A stretch of DNA of 64,000 nucleotides, taken from Nageia nagi. Its lineage: Eukaryota; Plantae; Pinophyta. Below, piece after piece: positions 11,831 to 23,400 of this stretch. Under the pieces are notes generated by a model, which saw only the letters and a program-made list of their open reading frames with translations, had not been told where the DNA came from and searched no databases. A program made the position numbers and the translations under genes. The first letter of the stretch is position 1. Every line of letters begins with the position of its first letter. Location of the stretch: contig JBITNC010000001.1 in assembly GCA_050084985.1 (NCBI GenBank), positions 94,364,001-94,428,000 on the forward strand. Reading direction: 5' to 3'.

Positions 11831-13553
11831 GACCACCTTGGAGTTCGCCTTGTGTCCCTCACCAACACACCTTCCCACCATTCTCCCTCACCATCCATTC
11901 ACCTAGCTCTTGCCTTGGCTCCTCCCTCCCTCACAGCCTCTCTAGGCCTTGGACCAATGCAGCCATCGAGTACAGACCATTCACACCTCACATTTGTTTC
12001 TTTGGACTCTTTGCGTACGTTTGCTTTTTGTCCCTTTGACGAATGTATACCTTTTTTTTTTACATGAATACCTACCTAGTGCACTCCTTTTTCCATCCTA
12101 CACTACTTTTTCATACCTATTTTTTTTTAAAGGGATCTTGTGTTTTTAAGTCAAAAGGGGGCAAAGATGAGTATTTGACTTAAATTTTTGCATTTTTTAA
12201 AATCTTATGTCAAAGTATGGCATGCCTACGACTTTGACTTAGATCACTTAATTTTTTTTAAAACATGCTTAGAATTTTTTTTTTAAGTTAATAATTGCAT
12301 GCTTAGTCCAATTTTTTTAAGATAAAGATGTATTTTTTTACTTCAAAATTGTTAAATTTAAAAAGAGCATTTTTTTAACTTGAATGCATACTTTTAAGTT
12401 AAAGTAATGCATGTTTAAAATTAGTACTTATGTTTAATGCATACTTAGTACTTAATTTTTAAGATAAATGCTTATATTTTTTTTAAAAATGTATGCATGC
12501 TTAATACTTATTTGTTAAAATTAATAAATGCATGCTTAGTACTTAATTTTTTAAGTTAATGCTTAGGATTTAAAATTTTTGAAGATGCATGCTTATGATT
12601 TAAAAATGCATGATTATGCCTCTTAAATTCTAGTTCTTATGAAGAAATAATGCATACTTAATTTTTTGAATTGATGCATACTTCTTTAAGTTAATGATGC
12701 ATACTTATACTTATGGGATTGATGCATGTTTTTTTGCAAAGTTAATGGACTAATGCAAAATAAAGATTGATGTAAAGATGTCTTTTAGGGGTTAGTAAAC
12801 AAAACCCATTGGACATTTAGGGTTCAAGTTATGAATGAATGATGTTATATTTATGCTTTTTTTATTTCATATTTTGTACTTTGATTAATTTGTTTATGCA
12901 AATAAAAATGTAAATATTGATATGAGTAACCCTTTAAAATGAATTCATCCATACGTACATTCCGTAACATGACTTGTTTGAGGAGTCATGAGGAGAAGAT
13001 AGGTGGATTAGAGCCTTTAAGTTTGATGATCCAAGTGTTGAAAATTTTGTATTGCTTAATTGCCCTTAAGTCCTCTGTTGGTTTGGATTTAACTCCAATA
13101 AGTGGATAGGTATGTGTGTAGTGATACCACATTTCGCACATCCATTTAGAGATTATCTTGATAACCTAGGAGGACAACTTAAAACCTAATTAAGATTAAT
13201 AATTTGGTCGACCCAATCAATATCAAAACCTTGAAAAATAGCTCATACTTCTTGTGAGAGTATATTATTATCTAAGGGAAACTAGTTGAGAATTGGTAGT
13301 ATTTGGGCTCCTCTTATGTGAGCATCTAGGTGAAGGCTTAGTTTTTATATAAAAAAATAAACTTCAAAATGTCACTCTACATCTATAATTCTTGAGATGA
13401 GAAATATGTTTGGATACATATGTTATTATTTGAATTGTAAAATATTTGCACTTGTGAATCAAATTAAGCATGTATTTAGTGTTAAATGTAACATGTATTA
13501 TTTACTTGATTTATTGGAAATATATGTTTATTATTTCAATTTTTTTATAGCAA

Positions 13554-16500
13554 ATGGAAGAATCTTTTTTACCCAAACACATTCTTAATAGTTCCAACTA
13601 TGAGATTTGAGAACCTCATATGAAAGCTGAATTGTAGGCAAGGAAGCTATGGCAAATAGTGAATGAGAATCTTGTACCTCTTATAGATGAGAAGGCACTA
13701 GATGTTTATAACACAAAGAATAAGTTGGTAATATTCATATTTTACCATGCAGTTTTAGATGATGTGTTCTTAATGATATCCTCCTCAACCTTAGTAAAGA
13801 TGTATGGAATAAACTAAAGCAAATCTATCTTAGTTCAAACTTTTTAAGAAGATTTACCATTCTCTAAAAATTACTTCAATCTCATCAAAAGAAAGATGAA
13901 AATGTGGCTACCTATTTGAACAAAATCATTGACCTAAGGACCCAACTTATTGCTTATAGGTGCAATTGGATCAATGATGAGTTCATGGTCTTCATCATTC
14001 TTGAAAACCTCTCATCAAAGTTTAGAAACTTTGTAATAGTTATGAAAATAAGGTTTGATGATGAAAAAGAAGTTATCTCCCTTGAGAACCTTTCAAAGCA
14101 CCTATTGAAGTATGAGGAAACCCTTAATAATAAAGGGTTGATTTCTTTTCCTAAGGAGAATAACGTTGCTTTTGGAGCAACCAAAAATTCTTTTAAGAAG
14201 AAGTTCAATTATAAAAAAAAATCTTACCCTTCTTCCTCTAAAAGGTTTGAGAAAAGAGGCAATGGCTACTACAACAATAAGAATAATAAAAACAACAAAT
14301 ACAGTAGTAAGAATAATGGTAACAATAATCACTTCAAACACAAAGATGGAAAAGGCAAACCAAACACTCCTTATCCTAAAGAAAAGTTTAATGGCAATTA
14401 TAATTATTATGGCATACAAGGTCACAAAAAAATTGATTGTTACAAAAAAAAGGAGAAAAAATACAAAGGTAATGGAAATGTAAAAAACTATAATGGAAAA
14501 AAAAATACTCATGTCGATTTTGCTATGGCACTTTATGTCTTGCATCTTTTCATATGAATGGATTGTTAACTCTAGTTGCACTAATCACTTATGCTTTGAA
14601 AAAAGGAAGTTTACGAACTTTCACAAGTATAATATGGATGTAGTTATGATAGGTGATAAATTTACCTTTGAAGTCCAAGAAATTGGGAGTGTGCTAATTT
14701 ATGAAAAAGTTCTTGATAATATTCTTTATATTTCTAAGTTAAAGATGAACCTTCTCTATGTGATCCAAATTGTTAGAAAAGGGTACTCTTTTGAGTTCAA
14801 CTCTCAATCTTGGTGCATTAAAAAAGGACTTGCCACTTTGGTTAAAGGGCCTGTGAAAGATAACCTCTACATTATGGATCAAGTTCTATCAAAGATGTGT
14901 CTTACTTCTAATGTGTGTTTTAAAGATAATATTTGGCACCATCATTTAGGGCATCTTGACCATAAGAGTATTCAAGTCATGAAAACCCAAGAACTTGTGA
15001 AAAATTTCCCTTCAATTTTTCTTTCGATTAGTCTATGCGAGAAGTGCTTTTTTGGTAAGATGCATAAATAAAAGTTTGAAAAAAATAAGGTAATAATAGC
15101 ATCTCAACTCTTTCAACTTGTGCATTCAGATTTGATAGGTACATTTTAAACTAAGTCACTTAGAGAAGCATCTTACATCTTGACTTTCATTGATGACTTT
15201 AGTAGGATGACCTTTAGGTATCTTCTTAAGCACAATCCTTGAGCACAAAGATCAAACTTTTAAGAGTTTTAAGGTTCTTAAGGCCTTTGTTGAGAATTAA
15301 AGTAATTTTAAAATCAAAATATTGAGATTAGATAATGGGAGAGAGTATAACAATAATGAGTTCAATGACTATTATGTTAAGTATGGCATCAAAAGAAGTT
15401 TACAATTCTATACACTCCTCAACAGAATAATGTTGTTGAACAAAAAAATAGAACAATCATGGAGATGGCTAGATGCATGTTGAGTAATCTTCCTAAGTTC
15501 TTGTGGGGTGAAGCTGTGAGCATTGTAATTTACACCTTGAATAGGTGTCCAAAAAAGCTATTTAGAGTAAAACTCCTTTTGAGGCATGGTTAAGAATAAA
15601 ACCTAACATTTCTCACTTTAGTGTGTTTAGTTGTGAAGCTTTCTCCTACATTATTTTTGAGAAAAGGAAGAAGTTGGATCAAAGAGCTAACAAATGTATC
15701 TTTATGGGTTATGATAATCAACATACAGGATTTAGGCTTTACTCTTCAACCTATAAAGCAATATTCATTTTAAGGGATGTAAAGTTCAATGAACTTCATG
15801 CAGAATCTACTTCTAATGAGAATGATGATGATTTAAAGAACTCTTCAGTTGCTCCTATCTGGTTGGATATTAATGTAGATAAGTCATTATAAGAATAAAA
15901 TTTTTCAACACAAAAGGTAACAAGGAATATGAATTTGAACAAATACTTAATTATCAAGATTGACAACAACTATGAGCCCTTAACTTTCAAAGAAGCTTCT
16001 AAGCACAGTGCTAGATAAAAGCCATGAAAGTGGAGTATGAGGTGCTTATGAAAAATCAAACTTGGGACTTGATTCTTTATCCCAATGATAAGAACATGAT
16101 TGTAATAAGTGGATCTATAAGGTTAAGTTCAATTCAGTTGGAGATATTAAGAAATACAAGGCAAAGTTAGTAGTTAAATGTTTTGTTCAAAAATACGATG
16201 TAAATTATGAAGAAACCTTTACTCCCATGGCAAAGATCCTATTGTGAGAGTTCTTCTTGCTCTTTCTGTAGCTTAAATATGAAAAGTTTTTCAACTTAAC
16301 GTCAAGAGTGCATTTCTCAATAGTGAATTAGATGTGAAAATATTCATGAATCAAAAAGAAGGGTTAATTATGGAAGGCAAAGAGTCTTTTGTGTGCAAGC
16401 TAAAATTTGTTTTGTATGGATTTAAGCAAGCACTTCGAGCTTGGTATAGAAAGATTTCAAGGTACTTTGCAAACATTGGATTCTTCAAGTATTTTTTAAC

Positions 16501-17510
16501 TCTGATCTATATGTGCTTAATCAAGGATAAGATGTGGTCTTGATTCTCCTTTATGTGGATGATCTTTTAATTAATAGGACAATGATGCAATTGTTCAAGA
16601 ATGCATATCCAAACTTAAGACAATATTTGAAATGATTGATCTTAGTCTCTTGCATTACTATCTTATAATGCAAATGTACTAATATAAGGATTGTACTTAC
16701 CTCAATCAATCTAAGTATATATAAGACATCTTGCAAAAATTTAGAATGGAGGAGTGTAGATATGCTATAATCCCCATCTCTCTTAGCATCACTATTTTTG
16801 TAAGCTCCAACTCTCAGTTAATTGATGCTATAGTTTATAAGCAATTAATTGGTAGTCTTTTGTATTTGACTATCTCTCAGTCAGATATTGCCTTTGTAGT
16901 GAATTTGATGGCATAATTCATGTAAAAATCTTATATTGAGCATCTCAATGCTGTTAAACATATTTTGTGATATGTTGCAAGGATTAAGGATCTTGCTCTC
17001 AAGTATTCCAAGTTGCCCTCTATTGTTCTCTTTGGATTCTCAAATTTTGACTATGGAGAAGATCACAATGATAGGAAGTCAACCTTTATGTATGTGTTTA
17101 GCATTGGTTTAGGTGCTATCTCTTAGGCTTCTAAGAAGTAACCTACTATTTCTCTTTCCATCACAAAAGTTGAATATCATGCCATGTCTATTGCAACCTA
17201 GGAAGCCATTTGGCTAAGGCATCTTTTGAAAGAAATTAGGTATGAGCAAGATGGCTCATCCTTGATCTGTTTTGATAATTAGTTAGTTAGTTCTTTGGTT
17301 AAAAATTCAGTGTTCCATCAAAAAAAAAACATGTGAAAATCCATACCTATTTTGTTAGGAAGAAGGTTCTTGATGGCATCATACACCTAGAGTAATGTCC
17401 ATCCACCTTAAACTCCACTAATTTGTTCACCAAGCCCCTTTTACAAGCTCAATTATGTAAGCTCAGGGATGCTATTGGGTTGATGAAGTTGCCTTCAAGG
17501 GAAGGTGAAG
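13554..17510 (+). pseudogene. Disrupted copia gag-pol polyprotein
   Basis: ATG at 13554 (MEESFLPKHILNSSNYEI*), knuckle remnant YYGIQGHKKIDC, protease WIVNSSCTNH, WHHHLGH, LVHSDL and TFIDDFSR (integrase), YVDDLL (RT), RNase H. Many stops and frameshifts. Confidence 0.92.
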
Positions 17511-17649
17511 TTTGAATTCTTGTGTTGAATTCATATTTGTGATGATAACTTCACCCTTAGAAGGATTTTATGCTGTATAGTGTTGATTTTATTGTACACC
17601 TTCATGGTAAGTTTGCTCTGCATAAAGAACTTGTAAGTATTGGCCACTC

Positions 17650-17990
17650 TAGCACTATTTAGTTATCTATATGTGAGGAACTCTTATGTGTCTTTTGACA
17701 CTGTTTAATTATCCATATGTAAGGAACTCGTATGTGCATACTCTATTTTTTAATCAATTTTGCACTATTTAGTTATCTATATGTGAGGAACTCTTATGTG
17801 TCTTTTGGCATTGTTCAATTATCCATATGTGAAGAATTTTTGTGTATACTCTATTTTTTGGTCAATCTTGCACTGGTTAGTTATCCATGTGTGAGGAACT
17901 CTTATGTGTTTTTTGGCACTATTTAGTTATCCATGTGAGGAATTTTTATGTCTTTTAGCATCATTTAATTATCCACATGTGAGAGACTTG
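17650..17990 (+). repeat. 3'-UTR tandem array of ~48-62-bp units
   Basis: Repeats of GCACTATTTAGTTATCYATATGTGAGGAACTCTTATGTG; also present at 59770-59980 in the sibling copy. Confidence 0.9.
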
Positions 17991-18416
17991 TTTTATATAC
18001 AACAGATGACTATATGTTTTTGGCATAGCATCTTCGTGATGACTTATAGTGCACTATTGATCAGTTCATGATGGCATTTATGTGATTCATCTATCCTTAT
18101 TGATATGAATATGATGCATCTAACTGATCTTATTATTCGAGCTACTTATGACTTACAGGTTCTTTTAAGATTGCAAGTTGCTTACCTCAAGTATGCAGGC
18201 TCTTGGAGACTCTTCATGACTTCTAGTTGGATGATTACTTCTTATACATTGAAACTAGTTATGATTAATGATTATATTTGGCAAAGTAGTGAGTCTTAAA
18301 CTAGATCTTTCTTTCTTTAAAAATATGTAAAAAGTTCTCATCTCTATTGTATCTATTTGGAGAACTCTCTTCTTTTCTCTTCTTCTTCTCTCTTACTCAC
18401 TCTATCTTAATATTGC

Positions 18417-18428
18417 ATGAAAGGGGAG
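18417..18428 (+). promoter_or_regulatory. Polypurine tract
   Basis: ATGAAAGGGGAG immediately before the 3' LTR start TGTTGG. Confidence 0.9.
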
Positions 18429-18911
18429 TGTTGGAATGTATAATGCATTATTGTAAAGGTTGTATTAAGTCTTCTATGTAAATTCATTAATATTTAAGAG
18501 TATCATTTAATACCTTAAAGTATTTTAGTGAATATAATAATGTAACTTGTCCTACACTCCAAGTTATGAGCATGCCCCTTGAGTCAAAGATGTGCATGTC
18601 ATGCCTAGGTAATCCAAAGAGAGATTTTGGCCTATAAATAAAAAGCTCACTCTTTGTAATTACACACAACAAAGTTTGGAGTAAAGTTATGCTATAGGAT
18701 AAAAGTGTAGGAGTTGAGATTAAGAGAATTGTAAGAGAGTTGTATTTGTGAGAAAAGTAAAGATCTAGTTAGTGGATGGACTTTTAGTTGAAGAAACCAC
18801 TTTACATCTTGTGTTATGAGATTACTTTATGTATTTTTTGGATGTGAATTTGAGAGCTTTCATGAGATCTTGGTAGTTTAGGATTGTTCTTGTTATAGAT
18901 CAATTCTTTCA
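18429..18911 (+). repeat. 3' LTR (483 bp)
   Basis: TGTTGG...TTTCA, followed by the TSD CCTTC. Confidence 0.95.
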
Positions 18912-19784
18912 CCTTCTTGAGGGATGGAACTCCTATACTCGTAGGTTCAAGACCCATCAAAATAGAGAAGAATAGGTTGCTTGAAGAAAGTTGAGTCTTT
19001 AGAACATCCCAAGGATAGAAGAAATTACAAACAACATCCATGCCATTCAAATCCAACCTCCCTGACAAGACTAGAGCACCTAAAATTTTGAGCAACACAT
19101 GATTTCTAGCTTCCTAGTTGAAATCAACCCTCTGCTCTTCCATAAATTGAAACTCATCCAATCGAAAACCTCTTTTTTCCTCAATAGGTAATAGGGGATC
19201 AATACAAAATAAATCTTCTATCTCTATTGGCATGAATCTAGAACCCATGGAAAAGTCCATTGGGATTTTAGGACCTAGATACAGATCCATCCAAAAAAGT
19301 GCTTCCTCCTTCATAGGAGAGAACCATGATTTAAGGGAGAAATTAGAGATAACCTCTTCAATGCTAGCTAGACCCAAAAAATCTAGCTCTTCAACATAAA
19401 CTAAACCACAAAGAGGCTTCTCCTCTGGACCCACTTCTTGCTCTTTGGCCTTGGGAATACTGAAACCCACAAACCTTCCCTTTTTGTCTTGACCAATGGT
19501 GTCCACATCACTCTTTGCATCCTTCTCTACTTAGAAAACCCTCCCTCCCTTCTAGAACCCTAATCTTCAATAGCACTAAGCACTCATGAACCTCCTCCAC
19601 TCCCAACATTACCTCTTCTCACCTTTTCCTTAGCACTCACATCGCTAGGCCTAGAAGAGCTCAACCCTAAAACTAACACTCACCCTGATCGAAGCTCCAT
19701 CAAAACAAAAGTGAGATAGCAATGGTCACTTAATGTTAGAAATAGCTTAAATGTAGTTAACAATGGTGATTTACAACAACCAAT

Positions 19785-19856
19785 GCCTTGACTCACTTGG
19801 TAAGGGCATGATACTTATGGATATAAGGTCTTGGGTTTGAGCCCATTGAACCCTTG
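19785..19856 (+). other. Degenerate tRNA-like segment (possible SINE head)
   Basis: A-box-like TGACTCACTTGG (19789-19800) and B-box-like GGGTTTGAGCCC (19833-19844) at tRNA spacing. No intact cloverleaf. Confidence 0.35.
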
Positions 19857-20442
19857 CCCTTGCTTTATGATTTTCATTAGCAATGGCCATTTTACAAATT
19901 TTATGGTAGTTTTGTAGATTTTATTAGCCATTTCATGGATTTTGATGGTCGATTTTGGTCAATTTGGATGGTGGTTTGAGGTATATAATATGGTTTGCAA
20001 TTTTTCAGTGACTATATGAATGTTCATACACTATGGATTACAAGAATTTGGAGGTGTACAAACTGTACAAAATTGTATGATTTTTTTTTTGATATATTTT
20101 TGTGATTTTGGGGTGAAAATTTTGAAGGCCATAACTTTTGATCCATAAGGAGTTTTGAGGCAACCTTTTTAGTTAGGCCATTTTTTTTAGATCTACACAT
20201 TAGTATAGCCTATTTCATTATATCCATGTCCTAATTTTAGAAGTATGACAAACATGAAGGAAGAAAAAATGTTATTATTATGATAATAATGAGAAGACAT
20301 GTTGAAAAAGGATCTTCAAAATAGTGTGAATATTGGTTGTTCAATGAGGGCTTCTTTAGATGGTGCCTTGATATCATTATTTTAATGAAGAAAGATTCCC
20401 TTATGTGGAAGAATTTCTCTATTGATAAGGAAAGATTCATTC

Positions 20443-23400
20443 TTTTTTTTTGAAAAAAATAGTTTTTATTAATAATAAAGTGGTGTTTTTGAAAGGCTCC
20501 ATTAACCTTGTACATCAATAAGGATGGGAAGTATTGTCTCATGCTTATATCTAAACTGAAAGATTTAAAAAAATAGGAGGAATCCTAAACAGAGGCATCT
20601 CTTAAAATTTAACATCTCCATCAAGAGGTATCCTCCTCAAAATTTCTATCTAACTACTTGCTATCAAAACCAACCATTATGACTTCTTAACATTAGACAA
20701 GAGGAGTTCTCCTTGCCTCTTGAGTCTTTCTACTTAAATTATTGGCCTCTGAAATCAAGAATTGATTGAGAGTCATTGGTTATGTTTACCTTTATTTTTA
20801 AGGAACTCCTCTGCTATTTTGATAGGTTTCCCACTCTTCATTCTTTCCCAAGGTCCATCCTTATTTTTTGCATGTTTCTGTTGTGAACACCCCATGAAGA
20901 AGCTTCCCTCATATGTTTCTTTTTGAGGAAAGATGTCTTCATGAAGTGTTGATTCTTTCTGCAAGATTTTTCATCATCATCATCTAAACACTTCTAGAGG
21001 ATGCTACTCCACATATAAATCTTTGGTCTTTCCTTGAGTAGTCCTCAAAAAATTTGGATTGATAGGGCTTACCATATCTCATTTGGTCTACAGAGCTAGG
21101 CATCTTGCTAAGGTTTGTCCATAATGTTCCAAATTTTGATAAGTCATATAAAAGGCTTAACCTTTGCCATAGGTCTTGGATTGTCGATTATAGAGCATCT
21201 TGTATCAAACATTTTGAGAGGTTACACAACATGGTTTCGTCAAGAGATGAAAGAGATATTGTATTTTGAAGTTCTCTCCCTAACCAAATTTCTACAGTCA
21301 TGTCTGCATAAATTTACAATATTTCCCATTAATGGGGAGTGCTTTACGTGATGTCCCTCTCCTAGGGATATGAATTAGTAATTAATTGTATATAAGAGAA
21401 AGCTATGTAATTAGGAGTTTTTATGTACTTTTTTGTGATAATGAATTATAAATATTAATTAAAAAGATCTCAAGATAGGAGACTAATGGGTCCAAGGGAC
21501 CAATTATGATCCCCAATGTGGGATGTTTTCCTCCTTGAGCTAGTTAGGATTGTTTACTAGTATTTAAATGTATTTCTTTCATTATATTTGATTGTTGGGA
21601 TCATGAGGAGTGATTGTTGATATCTTGAGGATCTTATGGATGAGATTCTTAGCTTTGCATGGTTCTTATGTGAAATCTAGGAACTTAGCTATATAAGAGA
21701 ATGATGCATCATTGAGGAGACATCTTGGTTATTCATTCATCTACCTCTTAGACTTGGTTGCCAACCATTGCCAACTGCTAGATCAAGTAGCCTCATCAAG
21801 TTCTATGTGCCCTAAGGAGGATCAGAAGCCTCATCAAGCTTTTGTACCCTCAATGGACCCTCATTAAGCTCTTGCCAAACCTTATGAAGATTTACAACAT
21901 TCAAATCCAAGAGATAGTAGCCCTAGCAATGTGACATCATCCTTTGGGAGTGATTTGGAGCCTCATCAAGCTCTTCATGCCCTAAGGAGGATTAAAAGCC
22001 CCATTAAACTTTTGTGCCCTCGATGAAACCTCATTAAGCTCCTGCCAAACCTTGTGAAGATTTACAACATTTAAATTCGAGAGATAAGAGTCCTAACTGT
22101 GTGATGTCAACCTTTGGGAGTGACTTGGAGAATCAAATTTGGCTAGTAAGCCAAATGTCTAGCCCTTTGGGCCATAATTTTTCCATTCTTGTGTCTTAGG
22201 AGAGTTTGTCTAGCCCAAGAGGCCACATTGGACTCTTGTTTGAGCATTGTACTTGATCTTAAGAAATAACTATTTTAGATTTGGTTTCTTCGCATCCATG
22301 TTTTATTATTTTCTTGAGTTTCTTGATGAAATTTGCATAAATCCCTAATTTTTATAATTTGGAACATTACAAACGACATCAAAGCTTGGATCTTTCCAAG
22401 CTATGAGGATGGAGAAGAGAAGATTAAAGGAGGATCATAAGATTGATGGCTTGCTGAATGTCTTGACAAAATTGCTTGGAGATGGGGATCAAGGAGAATC
22501 TTCAAAACAAGTAATGTCTATATCTCAACAACAATGATCCACCATGCATGAAAATTCAATATGGAGTACAAATCTTTGATGATTTCAATTAGTGAATATT
22601 GGACCATTTTGACCACCAATATGAGAATGAGTTCTTTGGAGATTTGATTGCATTAAGGCAAAGGGATTCACTAGAGGCCTACATTGAAGAATTTTAGGTG
22701 ATTGTAGTGATGGTAAGCAATATATCTAGCAAGAGCATGACATTGTTTCTCATGGAAGGATTGCTTGAGCTATTGAAGGGGATGGTTAAGACTCTTGCAC
22801 CCACATCTCTCCAAGGTGCCATCGAGGGAGCTTTAATGTTGGAGCCAACACTCATGAGATTTATATCTACCTCTTCACCTAGATCTAGGTTATTTGAGGC
22901 TACACATGGCTCAAAGGAGAGTTTGTCCCACTATGGAAGACAACATTTATCTTAAGTAGGGGAGAAAATGATAAGGAGAGAGGAACTATCATTACAAGAA
23001 AAGAGAGAAGAGAAAATGATAGGGGAGAAAAGTGAGGAATGACCAAATCTAAGGAAAGAAAACATAAAGTATTCCTTTGTGACTGATTTTGAAGAAATCA
23101 AATTAGATATGGTGAAGGAAGAAGTTGCCTAGCCACATAAAGGGAGTTATCTTACCTTTGTATCAAGAATTAAGTAAATAAGAGCTTGAGATTCATAAAA
23201 GACTATAACCATGGGGCCTAATTATGATGAAGGAGATCCAAACTTATGTATAGGTTTGGAACTAGATCTAGATCCCACTACAGATTCAGATCCAAATCCA
23301 AATTTGGGAGGATAGAGCTCATTTATGTGGTTACAAAAAGTTTTACAAAGAAACCTAAGTATACATAAAGCCTTAGGAAGGTTCATCCATGCCCTAGGGC

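Larger units (their letters stand above)
9995..18911 (+). mobile_element. Full-length (decayed) Ty1/copia LTR retrotransposon, 8.9 kb
   Basis: LTRs 9995-10475 and 18429-18911 (roughly 90% identical by eye), 5-bp TSD CCTTC (9990-9994 and 18912-18916), PBS, PPT, and gag-PR-INT-RT-RH domain order. Confidence 0.97.
9466..19731 (-). mobile_element. ~1.3-kb poly(A)-tailed non-LTR retroposon with one decayed L1-ORF1-like frame, split by the copia at 9995-18911
   Basis: 13-bp TSD AATGTTAGAAATA at 9453-9465 and 19732-19744, T-tract at 9467-9477, and a minus-strand frame starting MELRSG near 19700. No RT or endonuclease motifs seen. Confidence 0.7.

Noticed and set aside
13010-13060. Possible hammerhead ribozyme core (TGATGA...GAAA)
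   Set aside because: The core is not conserved in the sibling copy (TTCAATGATCC...) and the required stems are not evident.
14102-14581. Hydrophobic membrane-protein-like ORFs (also 56227-56673 and 7501-7686)
   Set aside because: They are antisense shadows of the A-rich, Lys/Asn-rich gag coding region.
17650-17990. CRISPR-like repeat array
   Set aside because: The units are contiguous degenerate tandem repeats without unique spacers, lie in a copia 3' UTR, and the context is eukaryotic with no cas genes.
18000-18410. env-like extra ORF in the copia 3' region
   Set aside because: The only ORF is 64 aa, it is not kept open in the sibling copy, and it has no recognisable motif.
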